Source: Eubacteriales bacterium (GTDB taxonomy: Bacteria > Bacillota > Clostridia > Oscillospirales > CAG-272). From it: a stretch of DNA of 64,000 nt. The position numbers were made by a program, and so were the translations under genes. The notes under the pieces were generated by a model, which searched no databases, was not told the origin of the DNA, and worked only from the letters and a program-made list of their open reading frames with translations. Of this stretch, positions 1 through 9,824 are shown piece by piece (within the stretch, counting starts at the first letter, position 1; each line of letters opens with the position of its first letter). The stretch is from positions 1,386 through 65,385 of the forward strand of contig JAZORU010000024.1 of NCBI GenBank assembly GCA_045656765.1, in the 5' to 3' direction.

Positions 1-1413
1 ATCCTGGAATATTGCGCCGAACATAGAATAAAGACCGCCTGTGTCATACTCGCGTATGTCTGCCCCATCAAGAAGTATCTGCCCTTCTGTTGGGTCGTAG
101 AGGCGTGTCAGGAGCTTAAGCAGCGTAGTTTTTCCCGCACCGTTGAGTCCGACAAGCACGACAGTATCCCCCGGCTCTACCGTAAAGCTTATGTTTTTGA
201 GCACGTCGCGCTTCGTGCCGGGATATCTGAAGGAAACGTCGCGGAACTCTATCGTATGGCCTATATGTCTCTCTACCCTTCGGGCTTGGGCAAGTGTTGG
301 TACAAGCTTTTGCTTTTCATTCATAAACACTATCATATTGTCAATAAAAAGCGTTCCCTCGTATATGCTTGACGTAGTTGTGACGAGTGTAGCTACGCAA
401 GCGGCAATCGAGGTAAGCGCGCCCGTATAAAGAGAATAGTCGCCTATCTGCCCGCCGCCAACTGTAACCGTATACGCGATAAAGAAGAAAAGCGCGCAGT
501 TGGTAGCGGTAGTAACCAAGGATATGGCAATACTCCACACGCTTTCGGTGGAAATCAGTTTTTTAATTCCCGAAAAATATTTGTCAAAAACCTTGTTGTA
601 ATTAAAAATGAACGTGTCGGAAAGTCCGAACAGTCTGACCTCCTTTACGACGTCCTTGTTCACGAGAAGGTCGGAATAATACGCCATCTGCCGTCTTTCC
701 TTCGAGCGATGTCGCATATAGTTAAAGTTTTTCTTTCTGAAGGAAAATGTGATTATCGCGCTCGGCAAGGAAAGCAGAATTACGACGAGAGGCGCAAACC
801 ACGCAACCGCCGCAAGTATTACGATAAAGCTGACGGCAGATATAACGGTGCTGACGATAGTAAAGGTGGAGCGTATAACGCCTATCGGGCGGATACCTGC
901 CTCGCGGTTTGCATTTTCAAACTTCTCGTAAAAATCCGGCATATCGAAGGAAGCGACGTCTATTTCCTTTGCCTTGTTCATGATTTTAAGCTTTACGTGA
1001 TTTGTAACCACCTCACTCGATATACGTGTGACCATATTGCTTATATTGCCGAGAAGTCCTACCAAAAACATATACCCGAACTGCAATAGCATAGCGGGCA
1101 AAAGCAGTGTGCTCACTGTATCGAAGCTCGGTTGTGTCGGTGCAAGCACGCTCGCAACGGCGTTTAGCAGATTCGCTGATATGTAAGCCGAAATAACGGG
1201 GGATACGCCCTCGAATGCCGCCATAAATACCATAACGAACAAAAGTGATTTCTTTGCTTCCCACACGAGCCGCACTATATATGAAAGGCGCGAGAAAAAG
1301 CCTCCCATTACCTTTTTTATATACGACGGTACTTCCTTTATGCTTTTCGGTGGCGGCTCCTTATATTTATTTCTGTTATCCGGCGGAGGTCCCATAAATC
1401 TTGACGGTCCCAT
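1..1413 (-). CDS. ABC exporter, fused membrane + ATP-binding protein (MsbA/type-1 exporter-like); C-terminal part runs off the window
   Basis: Absent from the ORF track because no stop lies in the window. My minus-strand translation from ATG 1413 (AGAGGT 5 nt upstream) reads MGPSRFMGPPPDNRNKYKEPPPKSIKEV...; then a multi-helix membrane domain; near position 1, IEFRDVSFRYPGTKRDVLKNISFTVEPGDTVVLVGLNGAGKTTLLKLLTRLYDP (Walker A). Confidence 0.8.
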   Translation of the reverse strand, partial: MGPSRFMGPPPDNRNKYKEPPPKSIKEVPSYIKKVMGGFFSRLSYIVRLVWEAKKSLLFVMVFMAAFEGVSPVISAYISANLLNAVASVLAPTQPSFDTVSTLLLPAMLLQFGYMFLVGLLGNISNMVTRISSEVVTNHVKLKIMNKAKEIDVASFDMPDFYEKFENANREAGIRPIGVIRSTFTIVSTVISAVSFIVILAAVAWFAPLVVILLSLPSAIITFSFRKKNFNYMRHRSKERRQMAYYSDLLVNKDVVKEVRLFGLSDTFIFNYNKVFDKYFSGIKKLISTESVWSIAISLVTTATNCALFFFIAYTVTVGGGQIGDYSLYTGALTSIAACVATLVTTTSSIYEGTLFIDNMIVFMNEKQKLVPTLAQARRVERHIGHTIEFRDVSFRYPGTKRDVLKNISFTVEPGDTVVLVGLNGAGKTTLLKLLTRLYDPTEGQILLDGADIREYDTGGLYSMFGAIFQD

Positions 1414-1483
1414 AGCTTACCTCTTTCTTTTATCGCATAACGCAAGTATAATGCGTGTTTTCTTGCTTTGTATTGATATAAAT

Positions 1484-1512
1484 ATTGTAATCTGATGTGC
1501 AGTGTTTGTCAA
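1484..1512 (-). promoter_or_regulatory. Sigma-A type promoter for the ABC exporter (TTGACA-17-TACAAT on minus strand)
   Basis: Plus strand attgta at 1484-1489 and tgtcaa at 1507-1512, exactly 17 nt apart, ~70 nt upstream of ATG 1413. Confidence 0.5.
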
Positions 1513-1538
1513 GCAAAACCAATATACCTGCATTTAAA

Positions 1539-1578
1539 GAAGCTCCCGACAGGCGCTGATGCGCTTATCGGGAGCTTC
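1539..1578 (-). terminator. Stem-loop downstream of the lipoprotein gene
   Basis: gaagctcccga (1539-1549) pairs with tcgggagcttc (1568-1578). T-rich flanks on both strands. Sits 7 nt past the stop at 1585. Confidence 0.5.
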
Positions 1579-1584
1579 GTTTTT

Positions 1585-3216
1585 CTATTGGATATTTTGC
1601 CCGTGCTCATTACCCACGGTCACAAAATCCTTAAAGGTATAAAGAGACAGGTAAAAATGCTCGTCATCCTCAGGGAGATACGAGAACACCGCTATTTTGT
1701 TATCCGAGACGAAATACGTACCGTCCATATCTATGCGCTCACACTCGCCTTCGGTTTCGAGCACCTTGAACGTACGGCTCTCAAGGCAAAGGATCGCTAT
1801 GTTCTTCGTTACGTAGTCCTCGTCAACGTCTGAAAATACCAGATGCGTCATCGAGCCGTTAGCCGTTATAGTCATGCCGATATTAAAATCGTATCCCGAT
1901 ATCTCTATTTTTTCGCCCGTTATGAGATTAACTACCGCCGCCTGCTTTTCCTTTTGCGTGTATATGATGACCGCGTACGCGCAGTCTGCAATAAAGCGTG
2001 TCTCAAAAGGCTCGTCCGCATCGGGTGAAAGGGTTTCTTTTATCTCTCCCGACGCAATATCCAAGCAAAAACCGCGCGTCAGGTCGTTATCTTCCTCGTC
2101 GTATTCGCTTATCACGTAAAAGAGGTGTCCCCCGTCTATAAAGGAGTGCATGAAGCTATCCTCGGGAAGCTCGGTATGCGTTTTGTTCTCAATGTCCAAA
2201 AGGTATATTTTGCCGCTTGCTTCGTCTATTACAACCGCGTGCGTAAGCGCAGAATTGAACTGCACCCAGCTTATATTGACGGGCGAGACATCAGGCGTAT
2301 CCGACGGAACGTCCTCTATACCCTCGCCGCCCAACGTATCGCTGTTTTCAAGCTCCTCGTCCAAGGCAGGCGAAGGGACGCCTTCCCCGTCACCCTCGTT
2401 TTCGCCCTCACTTTCGGGAGGTGCAGGTTGCAGAACCAAGTTATCGGGGTAAGCTATCTCTATATCAAGCTCAGCCAAAATATCACTTACCGAAAGGTCG
2501 CTGAGACTAAACAACACAGGATATTCGCAGTAACGATCGCCCGAGGAATAAAGATGCAAAATTACGGCATCAGCTCTACCCTTTATCGCCGACGGGGCTG
2601 AATTAAACGTGCCCTCGGGAGCAGGCAGATCGCAAACTCCGTTAATAAGCGCGATCTTGTTACCTACCGCACAATAAAGAAAATCGACGTAATAGGAAAC
2701 GCCCTTGAATTCTACCGTTGTATTTATATGCACGCCCTCAAGACGTACGGGTGAGTCTGCCGTGAGGTCGTAGAACTCATATCCATCGTCTGTCTCAAGA
2801 ATTATGGGGCTCGGAAAGCCGGGGGTAAGTCTGCCGTTACCCTTTATATACTCAACGAGAATCTTGTCGGATATTACGGTACTGCCTACTACCTCAACCT
2901 TCTCGGTAATATCGGGAAAAGCCGAGTAGTCGGGCAAAATTTCCTTGTCGCCGTATTTTTCCGCCTCTATCACAGACTCCGTCTCGGGCGGTGCTTCCGT
3001 CTCGGGCGGAGCTTCGGTCTCGGGCGGCTGTGTTACGGGTGTCGTATCCTCCGTAGAGTCCGGCTCTGCCGTATCTGTTCCCGCACTCGTGTCCGAGCCG
3101 CTCGGTTTTTCTCTTCCGCCGCACGAGTTCAAATGCAACGCGCACGCAAGAAGCGCGAGCAGCATCAAAGCAAACACGGCTTTTTTCATATATCGTTTCA
3201 AAATCAGTTTTTTCAT
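1585..3216 (-). CDS. Secreted lipoprotein of unknown function with acidic low-complexity linkers
   Basis: 543-aa ORF. Signal peptide plus lipobox (LLALLACALHLNSCGG). PETEAPPETEAPPETES repeat, second acidic linker (ESEGENEGDGEG), otherwise beta-rich. No family recognised. Confidence 0.6.
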   Translation of the reverse strand: MKKLILKRYMKKAVFALMLLALLACALHLNSCGGREKPSGSDTSAGTDTAEPDSTEDTTPVTQPPETEAPPETEAPPETESVIEAEKYGDKEILPDYSAFPDITEKVEVVGSTVISDKILVEYIKGNGRLTPGFPSPIILETDDGYEFYDLTADSPVRLEGVHINTTVEFKGVSYYVDFLYCAVGNKIALINGVCDLPAPEGTFNSAPSAIKGRADAVILHLYSSGDRYCEYPVLFSLSDLSVSDILAELDIEIAYPDNLVLQPAPPESEGENEGDGEGVPSPALDEELENSDTLGGEGIEDVPSDTPDVSPVNISWVQFNSALTHAVVIDEASGKIYLLDIENKTHTELPEDSFMHSFIDGGHLFYVISEYDEEDNDLTRGFCLDIASGEIKETLSPDADEPFETRFIADCAYAVIIYTQKEKQAAVVNLITGEKIEISGYDFNIGMTITANGSMTHLVFSDVDEDYVTKNIAILCLESRTFKVLETEGECERIDMDGTYFVSDNKIAVFSYLPEDDEHFYLSLYTFKDFVTVGNEHGQNIQ

Positions 3217-3456
3217 TGTTTATCCTTATATATTACACTTTTGCGGTTATTGACGTCTTATACAAAAATTTTATCATACTGCAATATACCTGTCAATCGG
3301 TAAATTGCAAACAATTTTCGAGTATTTTATATAAAAATTATGAATAATACAGGTCAAAAAAACTTACTGAAGAAAAAATTAGTAATATACTGTTGCTTTT
3401 TCCATAAAAATGTGAGATAATACATAACAATAAATGAGTTTTCGAGGTAATATCAA

Positions 3457-4815
3457 GTGAGTGAAAAAAGAAGTTCCTTTACAGGCAAAATAGGTTTCGT
3501 TCTTGCGGCGGCAGGCTCTGCCGTAGGACTTGGCAATATATGGAGATTTCCCTACCTTGCGGCAAAGTACGGCGGAGGTATGTTTCTTCTGACCTACATA
3601 ATTCTTTCTCTCACCTTCGGCTTTTCTCTTATGGTTGCGGAAATAGCTATAGGCAGAAAAACGGGGCTTAGCGCGATCGGTGCATTCAAAGCACTTGACC
3701 GTCGTTTCTCCTTTGTCGGCTGGATGGCAGCTTTGGTTCCCGTAATCATACTGCCCTATTACTCGGTTATCGGCGGCTGGGTAATGAAATACCTTTTCGG
3801 CTTTGTTTCGGGCAGCGCCGCATCAATGGCAGAGGACGGATTCTTTTCCTCTTACATAGGACAGGCAATCGAGCCTGTCGGCTGGTTTTTCCTGTTCATA
3901 GCAATTACCGCCGTGGTCGTTCTTTTCGGAGTTGAGAAGGGTGTTGAAAAGGTCAGCAAGGTGATGATGCCGATACTTATTGCAATCACTATCTTCGTTG
4001 CTGGGTATACGATATTCTCTATGGACGGGGCGGTAGACGGTGTTCTCTACTACATTACTCCCGATTTTTCCAAATTCTCGGTAATGACGGTCGTAGCGGC
4101 TCTCGGTCAGCTTTTCTACTCTATGTCTCTTGCCATGGGTATTATGATAACCTACGGCTCGTATATGAAAAAAGACATCAGCATTGACAAATCGACCAAA
4201 AACATTGAGATCTTCGACACAGGCATTGCGTTTCTTGCAGGTCTTATGGTAATCCCTGCGGTATTTGCCTTCTCGGGCGGTAACGAGAGTGCGCTCGGAC
4301 AAGGGCCCGGACTCATGTTTATAACGCTTCCGAAGGTATTTAACGCTATGCCCGGCGGTACGTTTATAGGAGCTGCTTTCTTTATTATGGTTTTCTTTGC
4401 GGCTCTCACAAGCTCGATATCCCTCATGGAAACGGTAGTTTCTATAGTTTGCGACAAGCTTAAAATAGGCAGACGCATCTGCTGTATCATGGTTTTTGCG
4501 GTATCCTTTGCACTCGGTCTTCCCTCGTGTCTTGGATACAGCGTATGGAGCGGCGTGCTTATTTGCGGAATGCAGATACTCGACTTTTTCGACTTTGCTT
4601 CAAACAGCCTGCTTATGCCTGTCGTTGCACTTTTCACTTGCATATTCATCGGCTATTTCATCAAGCCCCAAGCTATTGTTGACGAGGTCGAGATATCCGG
4701 ACGATTCAAGATGAAAAAGATGTTTCGGGTAGTGATCCGCTATATAGCCCCCGTATGTCTGGTACTTATTCTGGTATCAAGCGTGCTTAACGCTTTAGGT
4801 ATTATCTCAATATAA
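3457..4815 (+). CDS. Sodium-dependent transporter, neurotransmitter:sodium symporter (NSS/SNF) family
   Basis: 452 aa. N-terminal signature GSAVGLGNIWRFPYLAAKYGGG, ~12 hydrophobic segments. GTG start with GAGGT 8 nt upstream. Confidence 0.85.
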   Translation: MSEKRSSFTGKIGFVLAAAGSAVGLGNIWRFPYLAAKYGGGMFLLTYIILSLTFGFSLMVAEIAIGRKTGLSAIGAFKALDRRFSFVGWMAALVPVIILPYYSVIGGWVMKYLFGFVSGSAASMAEDGFFSSYIGQAIEPVGWFFLFIAITAVVVLFGVEKGVEKVSKVMMPILIAITIFVAGYTIFSMDGAVDGVLYYITPDFSKFSVMTVVAALGQLFYSMSLAMGIMITYGSYMKKDISIDKSTKNIEIFDTGIAFLAGLMVIPAVFAFSGGNESALGQGPGLMFITLPKVFNAMPGGTFIGAAFFIMVFFAALTSSISLMETVVSIVCDKLKIGRRICCIMVFAVSFALGLPSCLGYSVWSGVLICGMQILDFFDFASNSLLMPVVALFTCIFIGYFIKPQAIVDEVEISGRFKMKKMFRVVIRYIAPVCLVLILVSSVLNALGIISI

Positions 4816-4839
4816 TTTGTTCTATTTAAGAGGCGCAGT

Positions 4840-5421
4840 ATGAATTTTTTGGAAGAGAGAATTTTAGCAGACGGCGTAGTAAAGCCGGGAAACGTACTTA
4901 AGGTAGACAGCTTTCTCAATCACCAGATGGACATAGCCTTGATGGATGAGATGGGAAAGGAATTTCATCGACGTTTCAAAGACAGAAAAATAACCAAGGT
5001 GCTGACTATCGAAGCATCAGGTATAGCTATCGCCTGCTCTGTCGCCCGTTGCTTTGGCGTTCCCGTGGTTTTTGCAAAAAAATCCAAAAGTATAAATATA
5101 GACGGCGATATGTACGTAGCTGAGGTTGAATCCTTTACGCACAAAAACAAAAACCAGATAATCGTATCAAAGCGCTTTATCACCCCCGATGACCGCGTGC
5201 TTATAATAGACGATTTTCTCGCTAACGGCTGTGCTCTTCAAGGGCTTATCTCGATTACCGAGAGCGCAGGTGCTACGGTAGAGGGACTCGGAATTGCAAT
5301 CGAAAAGGGCTTCCAGATAGGCGGCAGAGTTATCCGCAATCTCGGATACAAGCTCGAATCTCTTGCCATAGTAGAAGCTATGGATGCAGAGACGGGCACG
5401 GTCACCTTCAGAGAACAGTAA
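4840..5421 (+). CDS. xpt: Xanthine phosphoribosyltransferase
   Basis: 193 aa. Collinear with B. subtilis Xpt as I recall it ([12 protein letters not shown]..., [17 protein letters not shown] loop). 24 nt after the NSS gene. Confidence 0.9.
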   Translation: MNFLEERILADGVVKPGNVLKVDSFLNHQMDIALMDEMGKEFHRRFKDRKITKVLTIEASGIAIACSVARCFGVPVVFAKKSKSINIDGDMYVAEVESFTHKNKNQIIVSKRFITPDDRVLIIDDFLANGCALQGLISITESAGATVEGLGIAIEKGFQIGGRVIRNLGYKLESLAIVEAMDAETGTVTFREQ

Positions 5422-5424
5422 AAA

Positions 5425-5462
5425 ATGCACAGAGGCAGCCAGCTTGCTTCTGTGCATTTTTA
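5425..5462 (+). terminator. Intrinsic terminator after xpt
   Basis: atgcacagaggc / gcttctgtgcat stem followed by TTTTT. Confidence 0.7.
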
Positions 5463-5529
5463 ATATATTAAATGTTAAATTTTTGTGAAAAATGATTGCG
5501 GTTTCGACAGTTGTTTTCGTTGATTTTTG

Positions 5530-5558
5530 TTGACATAAAAAATGTTTTGTGATAAAAT
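5530..5558 (+). promoter_or_regulatory. Sigma-A promoter for the nucleoside ABC operon (TTGACA-17-TGaTAAAAT)
   Basis: TTGACA 5530-5535, 17-nt spacer, extended -10 TGATAAAAT ending 5558. ~120 nt upstream of ATG 5681. Confidence 0.6.
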
Positions 5559-5680
5559 ATAGGAAAGCGGCGAGAAATGTCGAGTTGTGTTAGAGCACGC
5601 CTGTTTCTTGTCGCTGTTTGATTTATTTCGTTTATAAAAGCGTTGCTTTTGTAAATATATTTTTTTAGGAGGAACATATC

Positions 5681-7024
5681 ATGTTCAAAAAGATCCTTTC
5701 CATGTTTTTGGCAACCCTTATGGTAGCAGGACTTTGTTTTGCTATGTCATCCTGCAACAAGGGTGAAGAACCCGGTACTCAGAACCCTGCAGGCGTTCCC
5801 GACCAGGAAGACGGACTCACCGCTTCTCCGTTCCCCGAAGCAACCTTAACTGCAGACTTCACAGTTCCTGCAGAATTCAAGGTTGGATTCATTTTGCTTC
5901 ACGACGAAGCATCCACCTATGATAAGAACTTCATGAACGGCGTTGAGTCGATGAAGAAGGCTCTTAATCTCACAGACGACCAGGTTATATTCAAGAAGAA
6001 CATTCCCGAATCAAACGAGTGCTACGAAGCAGCAGCAGACTTGGTTGACCTCGGCTGCAAGGCAATATTCGCTAACAGCTTCGGTCACGAGACCTACATT
6101 CTGAAGGCAGCTAAGGAATTTACCGACGTTCAGTTCTGCCACGCAACAGGTACTATGGCTCATACAGAGAAGCTCGCTAACTTCCACAATGCATTCGCTT
6201 CTATTTACCAGGGCAGATACCTCGCAGGTGTTGCTGCAGGTCTTAAGCTCAACGAAATGATCGCAAACGGCAAGATCACAGCTGACAAGGCAAAGATGGG
6301 TTACATCGGTGCTTTCACATACGCTGAGGTTATCTCCGGCTACACGTCCTTCTATCTCGGTGCAAAGTCTGTTTGCCCCACAGTTACAATGGACGTAACC
6401 TTCACAGGCAGCTGGTATGACGAGACCGCAGAAAAGAACGCTGCAATCAAGCTTATCGGCGACGGATGCGTACTTATAAGCCAGCACGCTGACTCTATGG
6501 GTGCTCCTTCCGCTTGCGAAGAAAAGGGTGTTCCGAACGTATCCTACAACGGTGCAACCGTTGCTGCATGCCCCAACACCTTCATCGTTTCTTCGAGAAT
6601 CGACTGGGCTCCTTACTATATGCATATGATAAAGAACACTATCGCAGGAACCGACATCGGCTATGACTGGTGCGGCGATGCTGTAGCAGGCTCCGTTGTA
6701 CTTACCGGTATCAACGAGAAGGCAGCAGCTGCAGGCACACTCGACAAGCTTACTGAGGTTGCAGGCAAGCTCAAGAGCGGCGAGATCAAGGTGTTCGATA
6801 CCTCTACGTTCACAGTTACCGTTGACGGTACAAAGAACGGAAACGCAACAGTTGATGAAAACGGTAAGCTTACCGGCTACATGGCAGACGTTGACACAGA
6901 TGCAGCTTACACACCTGACACACAGGTAGTTGCAGACGGTTACTTCCACGAGTCCGAATACCGCTCAGCTCCTTACTTTGACATTCAGATAGACGGCATT
7001 ACCCTTCTCGATACAAAATTCTAA
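5681..7024 (+). CDS. BMP-family (PnrA/Med-like) ABC substrate-binding lipoprotein, probable nucleoside binding
   Basis: 447 aa. Lipobox LCFAMSSCNKG. BMP-like body. Followed by a double-ABC ATPase and two permeases, the typical nucleoside uptake operon layout. Confidence 0.75.
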   Translation: MFKKILSMFLATLMVAGLCFAMSSCNKGEEPGTQNPAGVPDQEDGLTASPFPEATLTADFTVPAEFKVGFILLHDEASTYDKNFMNGVESMKKALNLTDDQVIFKKNIPESNECYEAAADLVDLGCKAIFANSFGHETYILKAAKEFTDVQFCHATGTMAHTEKLANFHNAFASIYQGRYLAGVAAGLKLNEMIANGKITADKAKMGYIGAFTYAEVISGYTSFYLGAKSVCPTVTMDVTFTGSWYDETAEKNAAIKLIGDGCVLISQHADSMGAPSACEEKGVPNVSYNGATVAACPNTFIVSSRIDWAPYYMHMIKNTIAGTDIGYDWCGDAVAGSVVLTGINEKAAAAGTLDKLTEVAGKLKSGEIKVFDTSTFTVTVDGTKNGNATVDENGKLTGYMADVDTDAAYTPDTQVVADGYFHESEYRSAPYFDIQIDGITLLDTKF

Positions 7025-7037
7025 TTCCGATATGGTG

Positions 7038-7067
7038 GAGCGGAGCATAAAAAATTATGCTCCGCTC
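7038..7067 (+). promoter_or_regulatory. Perfect 12-bp stem-loop just after the binding-protein gene (partial terminator/attenuator)
   Basis: gagcggagcata (7038-7049) / tatgctccgctc (7056-7067), loop aaaaat, weak U tract. Confidence 0.5.
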
Positions 7068-7096
7068 TGTTCCGTATCAAAGGCATAAGAACACGT

Positions 7097-7146
7097 CAAA
7101 TACAAAAGAAGCTGCTTAAACGGTTAAGCCGTTTCTTTTGTATTTG
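7097..7146 (+). promoter_or_regulatory. Second long stem-loop in the bmp-ATPase intergenic region
   Basis: caaatacaaaagaa (7097-7110) pairs with ttcttttgtatttg (7133-7146). Inner aaacgg/ccgttt pairing. Confidence 0.4.
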
Positions 7147-7171
7147 AGTATTATTTTTCGGAGGTACAAGC

Positions 7172-8749
7172 GTGGAAAAGAAGATTGCATTAGAGCTGTG
7201 CGGCATCTCAAAAAGCTTCGGCAAAATACAGGCTAACAAAAACGTAGACCTGACCGTATACGAGGGCGAGATACTGTCCGTGCTCGGAGAGAACGGCTGT
7301 GGAAAGACCACACTCATGAATATGATAGCAGGAATATACTATCCCGACGAAGGAAGCATATCTGTTCGTGGCAAGGAAGTTGATATAAAAAGCCCGAAGG
7401 ATGCCTTTTCAAACGGTATAGGAATGGTGCATCAGCACTTCAAGCTGGTCGACGTTTTTTCTGCTGCCCAAAATATCGTTCTCGGAATAAATGACGGCAA
7501 AAGATACAATATAAAAGAGGTAAACTCGAAGGTTTCCGAGATAGCTGACAAATACGGCTTCCATATCGACCCCAAAAAGAAAATACACGAGATGTCCGTA
7601 TCGGAAAAGCAAACGGTTGAGATAATCAAGGTGCTTTACCGCGGTGCTGACATTCTCATTCTTGACGAGCCGTCAGCCGTACTGACACCCCAGGAAACAG
7701 AAAAGCTCTTTGACGTTATCCGCCGTATGCGCGATGACGGAAAGTCAATTATTATAATTACTCATAAGCTTCACGAGGTTATGAGTGTATCTGACAGAGT
7801 GTGCGTTCTTCGCCGAGGCGAGCACATTGCCACGGTGGAAACGAAAAGCACAAGTGAGCAGGCACTTACCGAAATGATGGTAGGAAAAAAGGTCGAGCTT
7901 AATATCGACCGTCCCGAACCGAAAAACGTATCCGACAGACTTGAGGTAAAGAATCTGAGCGTAACGAACGAGGAAGGTGTTTGCGTAGTAAACGACGTGT
8001 CCTTTACCGCACGCTCGGGAGAGATCCTCGGAATTGCGGGAATTGCAGGAAGCGGACAGAGAGAGCTTCTTGAGTCTATTGCAGGTCTTTGCAAATCAAA
8101 CGAGGGCTCTATAATCTACCATAACCCCAAGACCGACAAGGCTGAGGAAATACGAAACAAGGATCCGCTTGTGATAAGAGAGCTTGGCGTTCGTCTTTCC
8201 TTCGTTCCCGAGGACAGACTCGGCATGGGACTTGTAGGAAATATGGACATAACCGACAACATGATGCTTCGCAGCTACCGCCGCGGAAAATCAGTGTTCG
8301 TCGACAGAAAAAAACCGAAGGACTTGGCTGAAAAGATCATTCACGACCTTGAGGTAGTAACACCCGGAACCGACACACCCGTGCGTCGCCTTTCCGGCGG
8401 AAACGTACAAAAGGTGCTTGTCGGAAGAGAAATAGCGGCATCCCCCACGGTACTTATGGCGGCTTATCCCGTAAGAGGACTTGATATAAACTCGTCATAT
8501 ATGATATACAGCCTTCTCACAGAGCAAAAGCAGAAGGGCGCGGCTGTAATATTCGTCGGAGAGGATCTTGACGTTTTGGTTGAGCTTTGTGACAGAATAC
8601 TCGTCATTTGCGCCGGCAAGGTAACCGGCATCGTTGACGGACGCACCGCTACAAAGGAAGAAATAGGCGTGCTTATGACCAAATCGGATGCTATTATACA
8701 CAACACGGAGGAAGGAGAGAGCACCAATGAAAACGAAACAAACGCATGA
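7172..8749 (+). CDS. ABC transporter ATP-binding protein with two ABC cassettes (sugar/nucleoside importer type)
   Basis: 525 aa. Walker A GENGCGKTT and a second cassette GIAGSGQRE, LSGGNVQK signature. GTG start after GGAGG. Confidence 0.85.
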   Translation: MEKKIALELCGISKSFGKIQANKNVDLTVYEGEILSVLGENGCGKTTLMNMIAGIYYPDEGSISVRGKEVDIKSPKDAFSNGIGMVHQHFKLVDVFSAAQNIVLGINDGKRYNIKEVNSKVSEIADKYGFHIDPKKKIHEMSVSEKQTVEIIKVLYRGADILILDEPSAVLTPQETEKLFDVIRRMRDDGKSIIIITHKLHEVMSVSDRVCVLRRGEHIATVETKSTSEQALTEMMVGKKVELNIDRPEPKNVSDRLEVKNLSVTNEEGVCVVNDVSFTARSGEILGIAGIAGSGQRELLESIAGLCKSNEGSIIYHNPKTDKAEEIRNKDPLVIRELGVRLSFVPEDRLGMGLVGNMDITDNMMLRSYRRGKSVFVDRKKPKDLAEKIIHDLEVVTPGTDTPVRRLSGGNVQKVLVGREIAASPTVLMAAYPVRGLDINSSYMIYSLLTEQKQKGAAVIFVGEDLDVLVELCDRILVICAGKVTGIVDGRTATKEEIGVLMTKSDAIIHNTEEGESTNENETNA

Positions 8750-9824
8750 AAAACTGTTTCACGTAGTCAAAAGAGCGGAAATACCTCGCTCTAAGGCTAT
8801 TATTATCAGAATCGCGGCAGTCGCGGCGGCTCTTCTTCTTTGCACGTTGCTTGCCATGCTTCTGGTAAATAAGGCAACACCCGATAAATTCTTAAAAACC
8901 TTCTTTGACGGAATGTTTTCAACACCCCGCCGCAGATGGAAATTTGCAAAGGACGCGGCAGTGTTGCTTTGTATATCGCTTGCGGTAACTCCCGCCTTCA
9001 GAATGAAATTCTGGAACATCGGAGCGGAGGGTCAGGTGCTTGTAGGAGCACTTGCCTCTGTTGCTTGCGCCTTCTATCTCGGAGACCGGGTCTCTAATCC
9101 CCTCCTGCTTGTAATAATGTTCTTCGCATCAGTTCTTGCAGGCGCACTCTGGGCGTTTATACCCGCTATATTCAAAGCAAAATGGGGCACGAATGAAACT
9201 CTCTTCACGCTTATGATGAACTACGTAGCAACCCAGCTTGTCGCATATATGCTTCTCGTATGGGTGCCGAGCGGCTCAAGTGCACTCGGAGCACTTAAAT
9301 ACGGACATCTTCCCGTGCTGTTTGGATATGAGTATTTACTTCTTATCATTGCAGTTCTCGCGCTCACGGTGCTTTCCTATATCTATCTCAACCACACAAA
9401 GCACGGATACGAAATATCCGTCGTAGGCGAGAGTGAGAACACCGCACGCTATATAGGTATAAGCGTGGGCAAGGTAGTGCTTCGTACAATGCTCGTATCG
9501 GGTGCAATATGCGGTATCGCAGGCTTTTTGATAGTCGGTGCTCTTGACCACTCGGTTACAACAACGACGGTAGGCGGCCTTGGTTTTACCGCTATTATGG
9601 TATCCTGGCTTGCAAAATTCAACCCGATCATAATGATAGGAACGGCAGCTCTTATAACCGGTCTTTCACAAGGCGGAGCGCAGGTTTCCACCACGTTTAA
9701 TATAAGCAACGCGTTTCCGTCAATGGTCGTCGGAATAATTCTGTTCTTTATTATCGGATGTGAATTTTTCATAAATTACAAAATCAAATCTCGCCTATGG
9801 GGTAAAAAGGAGGAAAGGGCATGA
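8727..9824 (+). CDS. ABC transporter permease (nucleoside/sugar type)
   Basis: Polytopic membrane ORF. I place the start at ATG 8727 (MKTKQTHEK...; GGAAGGAGAGA RBS at 8709-8720) rather than the track start 8688. Confidence 0.75.
   Translation: MKTKQTHEKLFHVVKRAEIPRSKAIIIRIAAVAAALLLCTLLAMLLVNKATPDKFLKTFFDGMFSTPRRRWKFAKDAAVLLCISLAVTPAFRMKFWNIGAEGQVLVGALASVACAFYLGDRVSNPLLLVIMFFASVLAGALWAFIPAIFKAKWGTNETLFTLMMNYVATQLVAYMLLVWVPSGSSALGALKYGHLPVLFGYEYLLLIIAVLALTVLSYIYLNHTKHGYEISVVGESENTARYIGISVGKVVLRTMLVSGAICGIAGFLIVGALDHSVTTTTVGGLGFTAIMVSWLAKFNPIIMIGTAALITGLSQGGAQVSTTFNISNAFPSMVVGIILFFIIGCEFFINYKIKSRLWGKKEERA

Noticed and set aside
3217-3456. Purine riboswitch expected upstream of an xpt operon
   Set aside because: I scanned both this region and 4816-4839 for the conserved purine-riboswitch loop-loop and junction elements and found nothing resembling them. 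The region is simply AT-rich.
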